A stretch of DNA of 64,000 nucleotides from Macrostomum lignano. Its lineage: Eukaryota. This document shows, piece after piece, positions 26,401 through 40,100 of this stretch (position 1 is its first letter; each line of letters begins with the position of its first letter). Location: NCBI GenBank assembly GCA_002269645.1, contig NIVC01000446.1, positions 496,001 through 560,000 on the forward strand. The letters are read 5' to 3'. Below the pieces are notes generated by a model. That model was given only the letters and a program-made list of their open reading frames with translations. It ran no database searches and had not been told where the DNA came from. A program made the position numbers and the translations under genes.

Positions 26401-26793
26401 AATTTCTCAGTCAGCCAGTATCAGTCTCATTTCAAGTTAGCAATATGGTTACGCAATTTTAATCAAGTCGTGTGTGCATTTTTTCGGCACTGTTTTCAAC
26501 TTGTTGTGATGCAATCTTTATCACAATCGGAATTGAGCCAGTCAGTTTTTTCTCTAGCATTCTTACAATGCATTTCAAGTCGAAAAGTTTGCTTGACCTT
26601 TGCAAAAAAGCATGTTTTTCGAATATTTATTCCCTTTAACATTGAGCAATTTCTTAGCCAAGATGCATGTACCGTCCCAGGAAAATTTCTGATCGAATGG
26701 TGCAAGTTTGAAGAAAATCGGTTGAGCCAATTTTTCTGAAATCAATCGCATAGCTACAAACATTTCATTTTTAGTATATTGGTGGAGGAAGGA
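23422..26793 (-). mobile_element. Non-autonomous Helitron-like element, family A, copy 1
   Basis: Minus-strand 5' TCCTTCCTCCACCAATATACTAAAAATG. 3' hairpin ccccc-aac-ggggg, then gcgaagattgCTAG|T. Internal 18-bp (AGATAGCAAGCATCCCCC, ~23570-23680) and 22-23-bp (TTTAATGTTTGACATGGTGGCTC, ~23760-26190) minisatellites. Confidence 0.8.
26257..26315 (-). other. tRNA-like (Pol III B-box) segment inside family A element; also at ~29528-29586 and ~31809-31867
   Basis: Minus strand agatagccctgatgcg...cctGGGTTCGAATCtt: good B box, weak A-box-like TAGCCCTGATG. Confidence 0.5.
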
Positions 26794-29700
26794 CTAGCAA
26801 TCTTCGCCCCCCGTTGGGGGACGTCTGTATAGAACCTATGTTCTCTACAAGTAACAAAAAGATAGCCAAAAAAAGCCTTCACAAAGAAAACAGACAAAAT
26901 ACTCAAAGGAAGTGCAATGCCAAAAGAAATCATCCCAAGACAGCAAGCATTCCCCAGATAGCAAGCATCCTCCAGATTGCAAGCAACCCCCGGATAGCAA
27001 GCATCCCCCAGATAGCAAGCATCCCCCAGATAGCAAGCATCCCCTAGATAGCAACCATCCCCCAGATAGCAAGCATCCCCCAGATAGCAAGCATCCCTCA
27101 GATAGCAAGCATCCCCAGATAGCAAGCATCCCCCAGATAGCAAGCATCCCCCAGATAGCAAGCATCCCCCAGATAGCAAGCATCCCCAAGATAGCAAGCA
27201 TCCCCCAGATAGCAAGCATCCCCCAGATAGCAAGCATCCCCCAGATAGCAAGCATCCCCCAGATAGCAAGCATCCCCCAGATAGCAAGCATCCCCAGATA
27301 GCAAGCATCCCCAAGATAGCAAGCATCCCCAGATAGCAAGCATCCCCAAATAGAAAGCATCCCTCAGATAGCAAGCATCCCCAAATAGCAGGCATCCACC
27401 AGACAATAAGTAGCTAGTGCGACAATTTCCTTAGCATTATAGTGGCTCCTTTAAAATTCGCTTACTTTCACGTTTGAAATTGTGTAAATTTTATGTTCGA
27501 CATGGTGGCTCTTTTATGCTTGACATGGTGGCTCTTTTATGTTCGACATGGTGGCTCTTTTATGTTCGACATGGTGGCTCTTTTATGTTTGACATGGTGG
27601 CTCTTAAATGTTTGACATGGTGGCTCTTTAATGTTCGACATGGTGGCTCTTTAATGTTAGACATGGTGGCTCTTTAATGTTTGACATGGTGGCTCTTTAA
27701 TGTTTGACATGGTGGCTCTTTAATGTTCGACATATGGTGTCTCATTTATGTTTGACATGGTGGCTCTTTAATGTTTGACATTGAGTCACGTATATGTTTG
27801 ACATGGTGGCTCTTTTATGTTTGACATGATGGCTATTTTATGTTTGACATGGTAGATCTTTTATATTTTACTTGGTGGCATTTCTATGTTTGACATGGTG
27901 GCCCTTTAATGTTTGACATGGTGGCACTTTAATGTTTGACATAAAGTCACTTATATGTTCGAAATGGTGGCTCTTTAATATTTTACATTGTGGCTCTCAA
28001 GTGTTCGACATGGTGGATCTTTTAGGTTTAACATGGTGGCTCTTTTAGGTTTAACATGGTGGCTCTTAAATATTTGACATAAAGTCACTTATATGGTTGA
28101 CATGGTGGCTCTTTTATATTCTACATTTTGGCTCTTAAATTTTCGACATGGTGGCTCTTTTAGGTTTGACATGGTGGCTCTTTTATGCTTGATATGGTGG
28201 CTCTTTAATGTTTAACATGGTGACTTTTAATGTTAGACATGGTGGCTCTTTAATGTTCGACATGGTGGCTCTTTGATATTCGACAGGGTGGCTCTTTAAT
28301 GTTCGACATGGTGGCTCTTTAATGTTTGACATCGTAGCTCTGTTATGTTCGAAATTGTGGCTCTTTAATGTTTGACATAAAGTCACATATATGTTTGACA
28401 TGGTGGCTCCTAAATGTTTGATATGGTGGCTCTTTATGTTTGACATGTTGGCTCTTTTATGTTTGACATGGTGGCTCTTTTATGTTTGACATGGTGGCTC
28501 TTTTTTGTTCGAAATGGTGGCTCTTTTTTGTTCTACATGGTAACTCTTTTATATCTGTACGGTGGATTTTTTAATGTCTGACATGTTGGCTCTTTTATGT
28601 TTGACATGGTGGCTCTTTAATGTTCGACAAAGTGGCTCCTAAATGTTTGACATAGTGGCTCTTTAATATTCAAAATGGTGGCTCTTTATGTTTGACATGG
28701 TGGCTCTTTAATGATTGACATGGTGGCTCTTTTATGTTCGAAATGGTGGCTCTTTAATGTTGGAAATGGTGGCTTTTTAATGTTCAAAATAGTGGCTCTT
28801 TTATGTTCGACATGGTGGCTCTTTAATGTTTGAAATGGTGGCTCTTTAATGTACGACATAATGGCTCTTTAATGTTTGACAATTTGGCTTTTGAATGTTT
28901 GACATGGTGGCTCTTTAATGTTCGAAATAGTGGGTCTTTAATGTTCGAAATGGTGGCTCTTTATTGTTTGACACAAAGTCACATATATGTTTGACATGGT
29001 GGCTCTTAAATGTTTGACATGGTGGCTCTTTATGTTTAATATGTTGGCTCTTTTATGTTTGACATGTTGGCTCTTTTATGTTTGACATGGTGGCTCTTTA
29101 ATGTTCGAAAAAGTGGCTCCTAAATGTTTGACATAGTGGCTCTTTGATGTTCGAAATAGTGGCTCTTTTATGGTAGACATGGTGGCTCTTTAATGTTCGA
29201 AATGGTGGCTCTTTAATGTTCGAAATAGTGGCTCTTTTATGTTCGACATGGTGGCTCTTTAATGTTCGAAATGGTGGCTGTTTAATGTTCGAAATGGTGG
29301 CTCTTTTATGTTTGACATAAAGTCACTTATATGTTTTACATGGTGCCTCTTAAATATTAGACATGGTGGCTCGTTTAGGTTTGACATGGTGGCTCTTTTA
29401 TGTTTGACATGTTGGCTCTTTAATGTTCGACATGGTGGCTCTTCTATGTTTCACATTGCGCTTCTTTTATGTTTAGTAGTTTTGTGTTTTTTAGGTGTTT
29501 TAATAAAAAAAAACTTTTTTGCACTACTAAGATTCGAACCCAGGTCGCTACATAAGCAATCCAGTCTGTTCGCATCTTGGCTATCTCTTTTCAATTGGAG
29601 AACATGAATTGTGGCCCTTATAATTCAATTCTTACAGCAAGTCAATTGGAGTAAAAAGTTATGACATAATCAATTTCTCAGTCAGCCAGAATCAGTCTCA

Positions 29701-30062
29701 ATTTAAGTTGGCAATATGGTTACGCAATTTCATTCAAGTCGTGTGTGCATTTCTTTGACACTGTTTTCAACTTGTTGCGATGCAATCTTTATCACAATCG
29801 GAATTCAGTCAGTCAGTTTTTTCTCTAGCATTCTTACAATGCATTTCAGGTCGAAAGAGCTGCTTGACCTTTGCAGAAAAGCATGTTTTTCGAATATTTA
29901 ATCCCTTTAACATTGAGCAATTTCTTAGCCAAGATGCATGTACCGTCCCAGGAAAATTTCTGATCGAATGGTGCAAGTTTGAAGAAAATCGGTTGAGCCA
30001 ATTTTTCTGAAATCTATCGCATACCCACATACCCACAGACAACTCATTTTTAGTATATAGGA
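26794..30062 (-). mobile_element. Non-autonomous Helitron-like element, family A, copy 2
   Basis: 5' TCCTATATACTAAAAATGAG. 3' hairpin + CTAG joined directly to the TC of copy 1. 18-mer array ~26930-27400, 23-mer array ~27490-29450. Confidence 0.8.
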
Positions 30063-32356
30063 CTAGCAATCTTCGCCCCCCGATGGGGGACATCTGGATA
30101 GAATCTCTGTTCTCTACAATTAACAAAAAGACAGCCAAAAAATCCTTCACAAATACAACAGACAAACTGCTCAAATGAAGTGAATTGCAATAAGAAATCT
30201 TCCCAAGACCACAAGCATCCCCCAGATAGCAAGCATCCTCCAGATAGCAAGCATTCTCCCAGATAGCAAGCATTCCCCAGATAGCAAGCATCCCCAAGAT
30301 AGCAAGCATCCCCCAGATAGCAAGCATCCCCCAAGATAGCAAGCATCCTCCAGATAGCAAGCATCCCCCAGATAGCAAGCATCCCCCAGATAGCAAGCAT
30401 CCCCCAGATAGCAAACATTCCCCAGATAGCAAGCATCCCAAGATAGCAAGCATCCCCAAGATAGCAAGCATCCCCAAGATAGCAAGCATCCCTCAGATAG
30501 CAAGCATCCCCCAGATAGCAAGCATCACTCAGATAGCAAGCATCCCTCAGATAGCAAGCATCCACCAGATAGCAAGCATCCCTCAGATAGCAAGCATCCC
30601 CCAGATAGCAAGCATCGCCCAGATAGCAAGCATCCCCCAGAAAGCAAGCATCCTCCAAATAGCAAGCATCCCCCAGATAGCAAACATCCACCAGACAATA
30701 AGTAGCTAGAGCGACAATTTCCTTAGCTTTATAGTGGCTCCTTTAAATTGGCATGGTGCTTTATACCTTTACATTTGAAATTGGATATCTTGAATGTTTG
30801 ACATGGTGGCTCTTTTATGTTTGAAATAGTGGCTCTTCTATGTTTGACATGGTGGCTCTTTTATGTTTGACATGGTGGCTCTTCTATGTTTGACATGGTG
30901 GCTTTTTTAGGTTTGACATGGTGGCTCTTTTATGTTTGACATGTTGGCCTTTTAATGTTCGACATGGTGGCTTTTTAATGTTTGACATGGTGGCTTTTTA
31001 ATGTTCGACATGGTGGCTCCTTTAGGTTTGAAATGGTGGCTCTTTAATATTTGACAATGTGGCTCTTTAATGTTTGACATGGTGGCTCTTTTATGTTCTA
31101 CATAGCTGCTCTTTTATGTTCGACATGGTGGCTCTTGTATGTTCGACAGGGTCGCTCTTTTAGGTTTGAAATGGTGGCTCTTTAATATTTGACAAGGTGG
31201 CCCTTTAATGTTTAACATGGCGGCTCTTTAATGTTCGACATGGTGGCTCTTTAATGTTCTTAATGGTGTCTGTTTTATGTTTGACATGGTTGCTCTTTTA
31301 TGTTTGACATGGTGGCTATTGAATGTTCGACATGGTTGCTCTTTAATGTTCGACATGGTGGCTCTTTAATGTTTGACATGGTGGCTCTTTAATGTTCGAC
31401 ATGGTGGCTCTTTAATTTTCGACATGGTAGCTCCTTTAGGTTTGAAATGGTGGCTCTTTAATGTTTGACATTGTGGCTCTTTAATGTTCGACATGGTAGC
31501 TCCTTTAGGTTTGAAATGGTGGCTCTTTAATGTTCTTAATGGTGTCGGTTTTATGTTTGACATGGTGGCTCTTCTATGTTCGACATGGTGGCTCTTTAAA
31601 GTTTGACATGGTGGCTCTTTAATTTTCGAAATGGTGGCTGTTTTATGTTTGAGAAGGTGGCTCTTTTATGTTCGACATGGTGGTTCTTTAATGTTCGACA
31701 TGGTGGCTCCTTTAGGTTTGACATGGTGGCTCTTCTATTGCGCTTTTTTTATGTTTAGCAGATTTTTTGGTTTGAAAGTGTTTTAATAAAAAAATTATTT
31801 TGCGCTTCTAAGATTCGAACCCAGGTCGCTACATTAGCATTCCAGTCTGTTCGCATCAGGGCTATCTCTTTTCAATTGGAGAACATGAATTGTGGCCCTT
31901 AAAATTCAATTCTTACAGCAAGTCAATTGGAGTAAAAAGTTATGACATAATCAATTTCTCAGTCAGCCAGTATCAGTCTCACTTCAAGTTAGCAATATGG
32001 TTACGCAATTTAAATCATGTCGTATGTGCATTTCTTCGGCACTGTTTTCAACTTGTTGTGATGCAATCTTTATCACAATCGGAATTCAGTCTGTCAGTTT
32101 TTTCTCTAGCATTCTTACAATGCATTTCAAGTCGAAAATTTTGCTTGACCTTTGCAAAAAAGCGTGTTTTTCGAATATTTAATCCCTTTAAAATTGAGCA
32201 ATTTCTTAGCCAAGATGCATGTACCGTCCCAGGAAAATTTCTGATCGAATGGTGCAAGTTTGAAGAAAATCGGTTGAGCCATTTTTTCTGAAATCAATCG
32301 CATACCCATATACATACATACATACATACATACAGACAACTCATTTTTAGTATATA
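30063..32356 (-). mobile_element. Non-autonomous Helitron-like element, family A, copy 3
   Basis: 5' TATATACTAAAAATGAG followed by (TATG)n. 3' hairpin + CTAG|TC junction at 30063/30062. 18-mer array ~30205-30690, 23-mer array ~30790-31735. Confidence 0.8.
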
Positions 32357-35178
32357 CGAGTGGAACTCCTCCTTCGGAGGAGAAAGGGGAAGAACTCCCA
32401 TCACCGGAATTCCATTCCCTGAAATATCCATCAACTGAAATTCCATGTCTTGAACCCTATCTTCCAAATCGTCTGCAAATTCTTTACAAACCTTTCAAGG
32501 ACCATAGCTCAAAGACTCTTACGTCTCTCATATCTCCTCTCTCCTCTCTTAACTATTATCGTGACTCTCTTCTCTCTCCTCTCTCTCATCTCATCTCTAC
32601 CCCTACTCTCTTATTTATCTCTACTCTCTACTCCTTGTCTATCGTCTCTCTTAACCCTCTCTCTCTTCTCTTTTCTCTCCTCTCTGCTCTCATTTTTCAT
32701 ATCTCATATACGCTCTCACACTCTACTTTCTTGTCTCCCATCTTTCTTTCCTCCTTTCCACTATTCCCTGTCTCTTCTCTTCTCTCTTTTCTATTCTCTC
32801 TATTCTCTCTTTTCTCCTCTCCTTGCTCCTTTCATCTTCTCCCCTCTCTTCTCTAATCTCTAATCTCTTCTCTCTTATGTTCTCACTCATCTCTTCTCAT
32901 CGCATCTCTCATCTCTCCTCTCCTCACTACTTTCCTCTCTTAACTCTCTCATCTCTGATCTTTCATCTCTCTCCTCTCTCTCCTCTCATCTCTACTACCT
33001 TATTTATATCTTCTCTCTGGTCTTTCGTCTCTACTCTCTCCTGTCTCATTTCTCCTCTCTTTTCTCCTCTCTTCTCTCTCCCCTCCTCTCTTATCTCTCC
33101 TCCCTCATCTCACTCTTTCTTTCTCCTCTACTCTCCTTTCTCTTTTATTTCCTCTGTACGCTCTTATCCCTCCTCTCTTCTCTCTCCTATCATCTCTCTT
33201 GTCTCCCTCTGCTATCTCATATCTCCCCTCTCATCTCCTCTCTCCTCTTCTCTTCTCTCCCCTTCGTTCCCGCCTTACTCCCCTCTTCTCTCCCATCTGT
33301 CATGTCTAATCTCTGCACTCATTTCTACTCTGTTGTCTATCATCTCATCTCTCTTCTCTTTTCATTGTTCTCTTTACTCTCTTCTCTGAGTGATGAAGAT
33401 GCCAAATCCATCAAGATCCTCTCCGCGAAGCAGTCTGTGCAACTGAAAATCAAAATCGTTTCCATAAAACAGAAATCAATCATAAATTATCTCCGCGAAA
33501 CAGAAATCCTGTCTGTGCAACTGAAAACCATCGAAATCCTCTCCGTGAAACTGGACTCCTTCAAAATCCTCTCCTTGAAACTTAAATTTATCAAAATCGT
33601 CTCCATAAAACAGAAATCAATCATAAATTAACTCCGCGAAACAGAAATCCTCTCCGTGAAGCTGAACATCATCGAAATCCTCTCCACGAAACAGAAATTC
33701 TCTCCGTCAAAATTAAAACATTGAAATCGTCTCCGCTAAACTGGACTTAATCGAATTTTTTCCGTCAAACAACTCAACTCTCCGGATTCATTGGTTAGGG
33801 TTAGGGTTAGGGTTAGGGTTAGGGTTAGAACTGCGCACAGGTTCGTGTTAAAAGGCACTGATAAAAATATTGAACTAATTGAATCAATTCATTGCGCAAC
33901 CGATTTCACAGTCAGTCAGTATCAGTCTCAGTTAAAGTTAACAAAAACATTGCGCAATCTAAATCAACCCTCCAATACACAGCAGCAGTGAGAAGTTGAA
34001 CCCTCCCCCCAACTTTATCTATTACGTCTCGCAAAACTGAGTACAATCTTTGCAGCAAGTTAAAAGTATGGAAATAGTTTTTCAAATGCTGTGCTTTTTA
34101 TTTTTTATATTTAAAGCAAACAACTTATATCCCCGAACTCAGCGTTGCAAGATCTTTCCAGCAATATAAGTCTCTCCTCTCAAAGTTTAAAACTCGAGGA
34201 ACAGTTAGCGTTTGAAATTTACCAATTTCCCGACTGCTTGACTGAGAGGCTCGCAAGTTTGTTCATTGAATTTCATTGCCAAGCTAATACACAGGGCCGA
34301 TAATAAAACCAATTGAATCTCGACACAGTCTATCTATTTACACTGTACAACTGCTATGTACACTCAGCCCAAGCCCTACCCCCGTTCTGGGAAAACCATT
34401 AAATTTAACTCAACCCACTCAATATGAAAATCAGTCTATAGCCCATGCACCTCCCCAAATGCACAGGGAGAGTCTAGGCTTGTGCATTGCACAGTCAGAA
34501 TTGAAATTAATGAAACCCCTCCCCAGCCACTTAACGTTTTCACAATTGAAATCAAGAAATTTTCTATGACAAATTGCTCTGATGCAGTTGAGATTTCGGA
34601 ACAGAAAAGTATACCATTCTGTTCAGTTTTTCAAACTCTTTCCAACGGTGTGATTCACTTTTCTGTAGCTTCAAAATTGAAAGCAGAAATTAAGGTGCAA
34701 GTTTTCCCGTTTCTTACTTACAGAGCGCAATGTACACTCGGAGTTAAAATCAAGCCAATCCATTCTCGCGCAGTGTGCACCTCCACCCCATTTTAACACT
34801 GAGCAAGTAGGCAGGCCCGACCGCCGCCAACCAATTCTCGTCTCAAATGCCGGTACCCCTCCCACAGCTGAAATGAAATACACTGCAGAGATAGGAGAAA
34901 AGTTGTGGCGCAACCATACAAAATAGCGCCAAGTGGCAAGTCCATGGAATGCGATATATAGACATCTGGTTGTCTGGTTTGTGCTGTTTTCTGCTTTTTT
35001 GAAGCACTTAAAATTGAAATTTGAAAATGAATTTTAAACTGTAGCATCGTCGGGACATTTGACATGTTTTGGTACCGGTTTGAAAGTTGAGTTGCAAGAA
35101 TCCTAGGAGGAGATCGTCGACAAACCCGGCCCACCGGCCCACCCTACCACCGGACCACGACGTCAGCTTTAGTAAAGA
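32357..35178 (-). mobile_element. Non-autonomous Helitron-like element, family B, copy 1
   Basis: 5' TCTTTACTAAAGCTGACGTCG. 3' 7-bp hairpin ctcctcc-gaa-ggaggag, then ttccaCTCG|T. Contains a CT-rich tract, ~30-bp degenerate repeats and TTAGGG x5. Confidence 0.75.
33795..33828 (+). repeat. Interstitial (TTAGGG)n; also at 35459-35480, 38798-38825 and 41730-41763
   Basis: 3-5 perfect telomeric hexamers plus TTAG at the homologous position of every family B copy. Confidence 0.95.
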
Positions 35179-37169
35179 CGAGGCCAACTCCTCCTTCGGA
35201 GGAGAAAGGGGAAGAACTCCCATCACCGGAATTCCATTCTCTGAAATTCATCAGCTGAATCCCATGACCCGAATCCCATCATCCAACTGTTATCCAAATC
35301 TATCAAAATCCTTTCCGCGAAACTGAACACCATCGAAATCCTCTCCGCAAAACAGAAATCCTCTCCGTGAAACTGAAGAACATCGAAATCCTCTCCGCGA
35401 AACTGGACTCAATCAAAATTTTCTCCGTCAAAAAGAATAAAATATCAGGATTCATTGGTTAGGGTTAGGGTTAGGGTTAGAGTTTGAGCTGCACAGAGCT
35501 GCGACTACAGGGCCCGATAAAAAATTGAGCTAATTGAATGTATAGATTGCACAATTTATTTCTCAGTCAGTCAGTATCAGTTTCAGTGAAAGTTAACAAA
35601 AATACTGCGCAATCTAAATCAACCCTCTAATACACAGCGACCGACACCCCTTTTCAATACGCAGTGGCAGATAGAAATTGAAGCCTCCCCCGCCTAACTG
35701 CTCGGGGTTCGGTTGAACGCCATTGAACCCGAAAATGAGTACAATCTTTGCAAATCGTTTGTTGGATGCTGTGCTTTAAGTTTTCATATTTAAAGTAAAC
35801 AACTTATATCCCCGAACTCAGCGTTGAAAGATTTTTCCAGCAATATAAATCTCCTCTCTCAAAGTTTAAAACTCAAAGAGAATTTAGCGTTTGAATGATC
35901 CCGTTTTAAAGCATTGAAAAATCCAGTGTACGTGCACTGCGTACTAAAGAGGCTCGCAAGTTTATTCATTCATTTCACAGGCTGGCTATAACACAGGGCA
36001 GCCTATTGAAAGGCAGAGATAATAAAACAAATTTATGGCGCAATCAATTTATTTCTCAGTCAGTCAGTAAGAGTCTCAATTAAAATGATCGCGCAATATA
36101 AATCAACCCTCCAATACACAGCGACCGCACCCCTCCCCCCCCCCCACTAAAGCACACTGAGCAATTAGAAATTCAACCCTCGAACTTTATCTATTATGTC
36201 TCGCAAAAATGAGCACAACTTTAAAAAAAGTTAAAAGTATGAAAATAGTTTTTCGAATGCTGCGCCTTTTCTTTTCATATTTGACTTGACTTGAGAAGCA
36301 TCAGTTTATATGGAATTCAATCATAGGAGAGTTGAAAAATCAATGAGCTTTCGCTATTTGGACTGTGTACACTGCGGTAATTTATTTATTTAATCTCAAT
36401 ATTATCTCCAGCCAATCACTCAATATGAAAATCAGTCTATAGCCCATGCACCTCCCCAAATGCACAGGGAGAGTCTAGGCTTGTGCATTGCACAGTCAGA
36501 ATTGAAATTAATGAAACCCCTCCCCAGCCACTTAACGTTTTCACAATTGAAATCAAGAAATTTTCTATGACAAATTGCTCTGATGCAGTTGAGATTTCGG
36601 AACAGAAAATTATACCATTCTGTTCAGTTTTTCAAACTCTTTCCAACGGTGTGATTCACTTTTCTGTAGCTTGAAAATTAAAAGCAGAAATTAAGGTGCA
36701 AGTTTTCCCGTTTCTTACTTGCAGAGCGCAATGTACACTCTGTGATGAGTTAAAAAATCAAGCCATCCATTCTCGCGCAGTGTGCACCTCCACCCCTTTT
36801 TAACACTGAGCAAGTAGGCCGCCAATTCTCAAGTGCCGGCGACCCTCCCCCAGCTAAAATGAAATACACTGCAGAGATAGGAGAAAAGTTGTGGCGCAAC
36901 CATACAAAATAGCGTCAAGTGGGAAGTCCATGGAATGCGATATATAGACATCTGGTCTGGCTGTCTGGTTTGTGCTGTTTTCTGCTTTTTTGAAGCACTT
37001 AAAATTGAAATTTGAAAATGAATTTTAAACTGTAGCATCGTCGGGACATTTGACATGTTTTGGTACCGGTTTGAAAGTTGAGTTGCAAGAATCCTAGGAG
37101 GAGATCGTCGACAAACCCGGCCCACCGGCCCACCCTACCACCGGACCACGACGTCAGCTTTAGTATATA
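35179..37169 (-). mobile_element. Non-autonomous Helitron-like element, family B, copy 2 (short, lacks CT-rich tract)
   Basis: 5' TATATACTAAAGCTGACG. 3' hairpin + ttggcCTCG|TC junction at 35179/35178. TTAGGG x3. Confidence 0.72.
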
Positions 37170-40100
37170 CGAGTGGAACTCCTCCTCTGGAGGAGAAAGG
37201 GGAAGAACTCCCATCACCGGAATTCTGAAGGGGAAGAACTCCTATCAGCTGAAATTCCATGAATTGAATCCCATCTTCCAAATCATCTCCAAATCCTCTA
37301 CAATCTATCAACTCCCATCTCTCATCTCTTGCGCCCTGCGCTCTGATTTTTATTTTTACTCTCTTCTTTCTCCTCACTAATTACTCCTCTCTACACTTTC
37401 ATCTCTCTCATCTCTGATCTTTCATCTCTTTTCTCCCTCCTCTCTCCCTTCTCTCGCTTCTCTCTCTCCTCTATTCCTACTCTTCTCGCTTATCTCTTCT
37501 CTCTCATATCTCATCTCTACTCCCTTATTTATCTCTTCTCCCTCGCCTTTCGTCTGTACCCTCTCCTGTCTACTCTCATATCTTCTCTCTTATCTCTCCC
37601 CTTTTCTCTCCTCTCTCATATCTCATCTCTACTCACTTATCTATCGTCTCCGCTCTACTTTCTCTCTTCCCTTTTCTCTCTTCTCTCTGCTTTCATTACT
37701 CGTATCTCTTATACGCTCTCACCCTCTCCTTTCTTATCTACCATCTTTCTTCCCTTTCTACTGCATCACCTGTCTCCTCTCCTCTCTTTTCTCTCCTCTC
37801 CATTCCCTCTTCTCTCCTCTTATCTCCCCTCATCTCTTCTCTAATCTCTCCTCTCTCCTCTCTCATATCTCTTCTCTACTCACTTATCTATTCTCTCTCC
37901 CCTTTTACACTTTCCTATATGCTCTCACTCTCACCCTCTCCTTTCTTATCTCCTGTTTTTTTACACTCTTTTCTATCACCTGTCTCCTCTCGTTTCTCTC
38001 CTCTCTGCACTCTCATCTTTACCCTCTTCTTTCTCCTCACTACTTTCTTCTCTTAAATCTCTGATCTCTGATCTTTCATCTCTCTCCTCTCACCTCTCAC
38101 CTCTCTCCTCTCTTTCCTCTCTTCTATTGCCTCTGTACGCTCTTATCCCTCCTTTCTTTTCTCTCCTGTCTCCTCTCTGCTATCTCATATCTCCTCTCTC
38201 ATATCCTCTCCCTTCATCTCCTCTCTCCTCTTCTCTCTCCCTCTTCGTTCCCGCCTTACTCCCCTCTTCTCTCCCATCTGTCATGTCTAATCTCTCCACT
38301 CATTTCTACTCTGTTTTCTATCATCTCATCTCTCTTCTCTTTTCATTCTTCTCTTTACTCTCTTCTCTGACTGATTGAAGATGCCAAATCCATCAAGATC
38401 CTCTCCGCGAAGCAGAAAAATCCTGTCCGTGCAACTGAAAACCATCGAAATCCTCTCCGTGAAACTGGACTCCTTCGAAATCCTCTCCTTGAAACTTAAA
38501 TCCATCAAAATGGTCTCCATAAAACAGAAATCAATCATAAATTATCTCCGCGAAACAGAAATCCTCTCCGTGAAGCTGAACATCATCGAAATCCTCTCCG
38601 TGAAACTGAACATCATCGAAATCCTTTCCACGAAAGTGAACGCCATCGAAATCCTCTCCACGAAACTGAACACCATCGAAATCCTCTCCACGAAACAGAA
38701 ATCCTCTTCGTCAAAATTAAAACATTGAAATCGTCTCCGCTAAACTGGACTCAATCGAATTTTTCCGTCAAACAACTCAACTCTCCGGATTCATTGGTTA
38801 GGGTTAGGGTTAGGGTTAGGGTTAGAACTACGCACAGGTTTGTGTTAAAAGGCACCGATAAAAATATTGAACTAATTGAATCAATTCATTGCGCAACTGA
38901 TTTCACAGTCAGTCAGTCAATCTAAATTAACCCTCCAATACACAGCAGCAGTGAGAAGTTGAACCCTCCCCCAACTTTATCTATTACGTCTCGCAAAACT
39001 GAGTACAATTTTTGCAGAAAGTTAAAAGTATGGAAATAGTTTTTCAAATGCTGTGCTTTTTCTTTTCATATTTAAAGCAAACAACTTATATCCCCGAACT
39101 CAGCGTTGCAAGATCTTTCCAGCAATATAAGTTTCTCCTCTCAAAGTTTAAAACTCGAGGAACAGTTAGCGTTTGAAATTTACCGATTTCCCGACTTCTT
39201 GCTAGAGAAGCTCGCAAGTTTATTCATTGAATTTCACTGCCCAGCTAATACACAGGGCCGATAATAAAACCAATTGAATCTCGGCACAGTTCTATCTATC
39301 TTTTTACACTGTACAACAGCTATGTACACTCAGTCCAAGCCCAACCCCCCGTTACGGGGGAAGCATTAAATTTAACTCAACCCGCCAACACGCGGGGGGT
39401 TTTATTTGCATTGAACGTAGAACACGCGCACCCACCACCCCTCAATACACAGCGGCCCGCGGGCGGAGGTTGGGGTGGCTATTTTTACAAACTGGCTGAA
39501 GCCCCAGGCAGAGTGGCAAAAGAAGGTTATTGGGGGTCAAAAAAGCAGTTTACACTGCGGTGATTCATTTATTTAATCTCAATATTATATCTAGGCTTGT
39601 GCATTGCACAGTCAGAATTGAAATTAATGAAACCCCTCCCCAGCCACTTAACGTTTTCACAATTGAAATCAAGAAATTTTCTATGACAAATTGCTCTGAT
39701 GCAGTTGAGATTTCGGAACAGAAAATTATACCATTCTGTTCAGTTTTTCAAACTCTTTCCAACGGTGTGATTCACTTTTCTGTAGCTTGAAAATTAAAAG
39801 CAGAAATTAAGGTGCAAGTTTTCCCGTTTCTTACTTGCAGAGCGCAATGTACACTCTGTGATGAGTTAAAAAATCAAGCCATCCATTCTCGCGCAGTGTG
39901 CACCTCCACCCCTTTTTAACACTGAGCAAGTAGGCCGCCAATTCTCAAGTGCCGGCGACCCTCCCCCAGCTGAAATGAAATACACTGCAGAGATAGGAGA
40001 AAAGTTGTGGCGCAACCATACAAAATAGCGTCAAGTGGGAAGTCCATGGAATGCGATATATAGACATCTGGTCTGGCTGTCTGGTTTGTGCTGTTTTCTG

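Noticed and set aside
23482-31563. GDACYL/GGCLLS and MSNIKEPP/FDMVAL ORFs
   Set aside because: Products of 18-bp and 23-bp minisatellites with frequent frame-shifting unit variants.
23760-31735. CRISPR-like appearance of the 23-bp arrays (also 19020-19760 and 52690-53890)
   Set aside because: Directly adjacent monomers with no unique spacers, no cas genes and a eukaryotic context.
32450-33389. Leu/Ser-rich 'membrane' ORFs (also 38127 and 40385-41324)
   Set aside because: Translations of CT-rich low-complexity DNA within family B elements.
33795-33828. Chromosome end or telomere fusion
   Set aside because: Only 3-5 hexamers, one orientation, always inside a repeat element.
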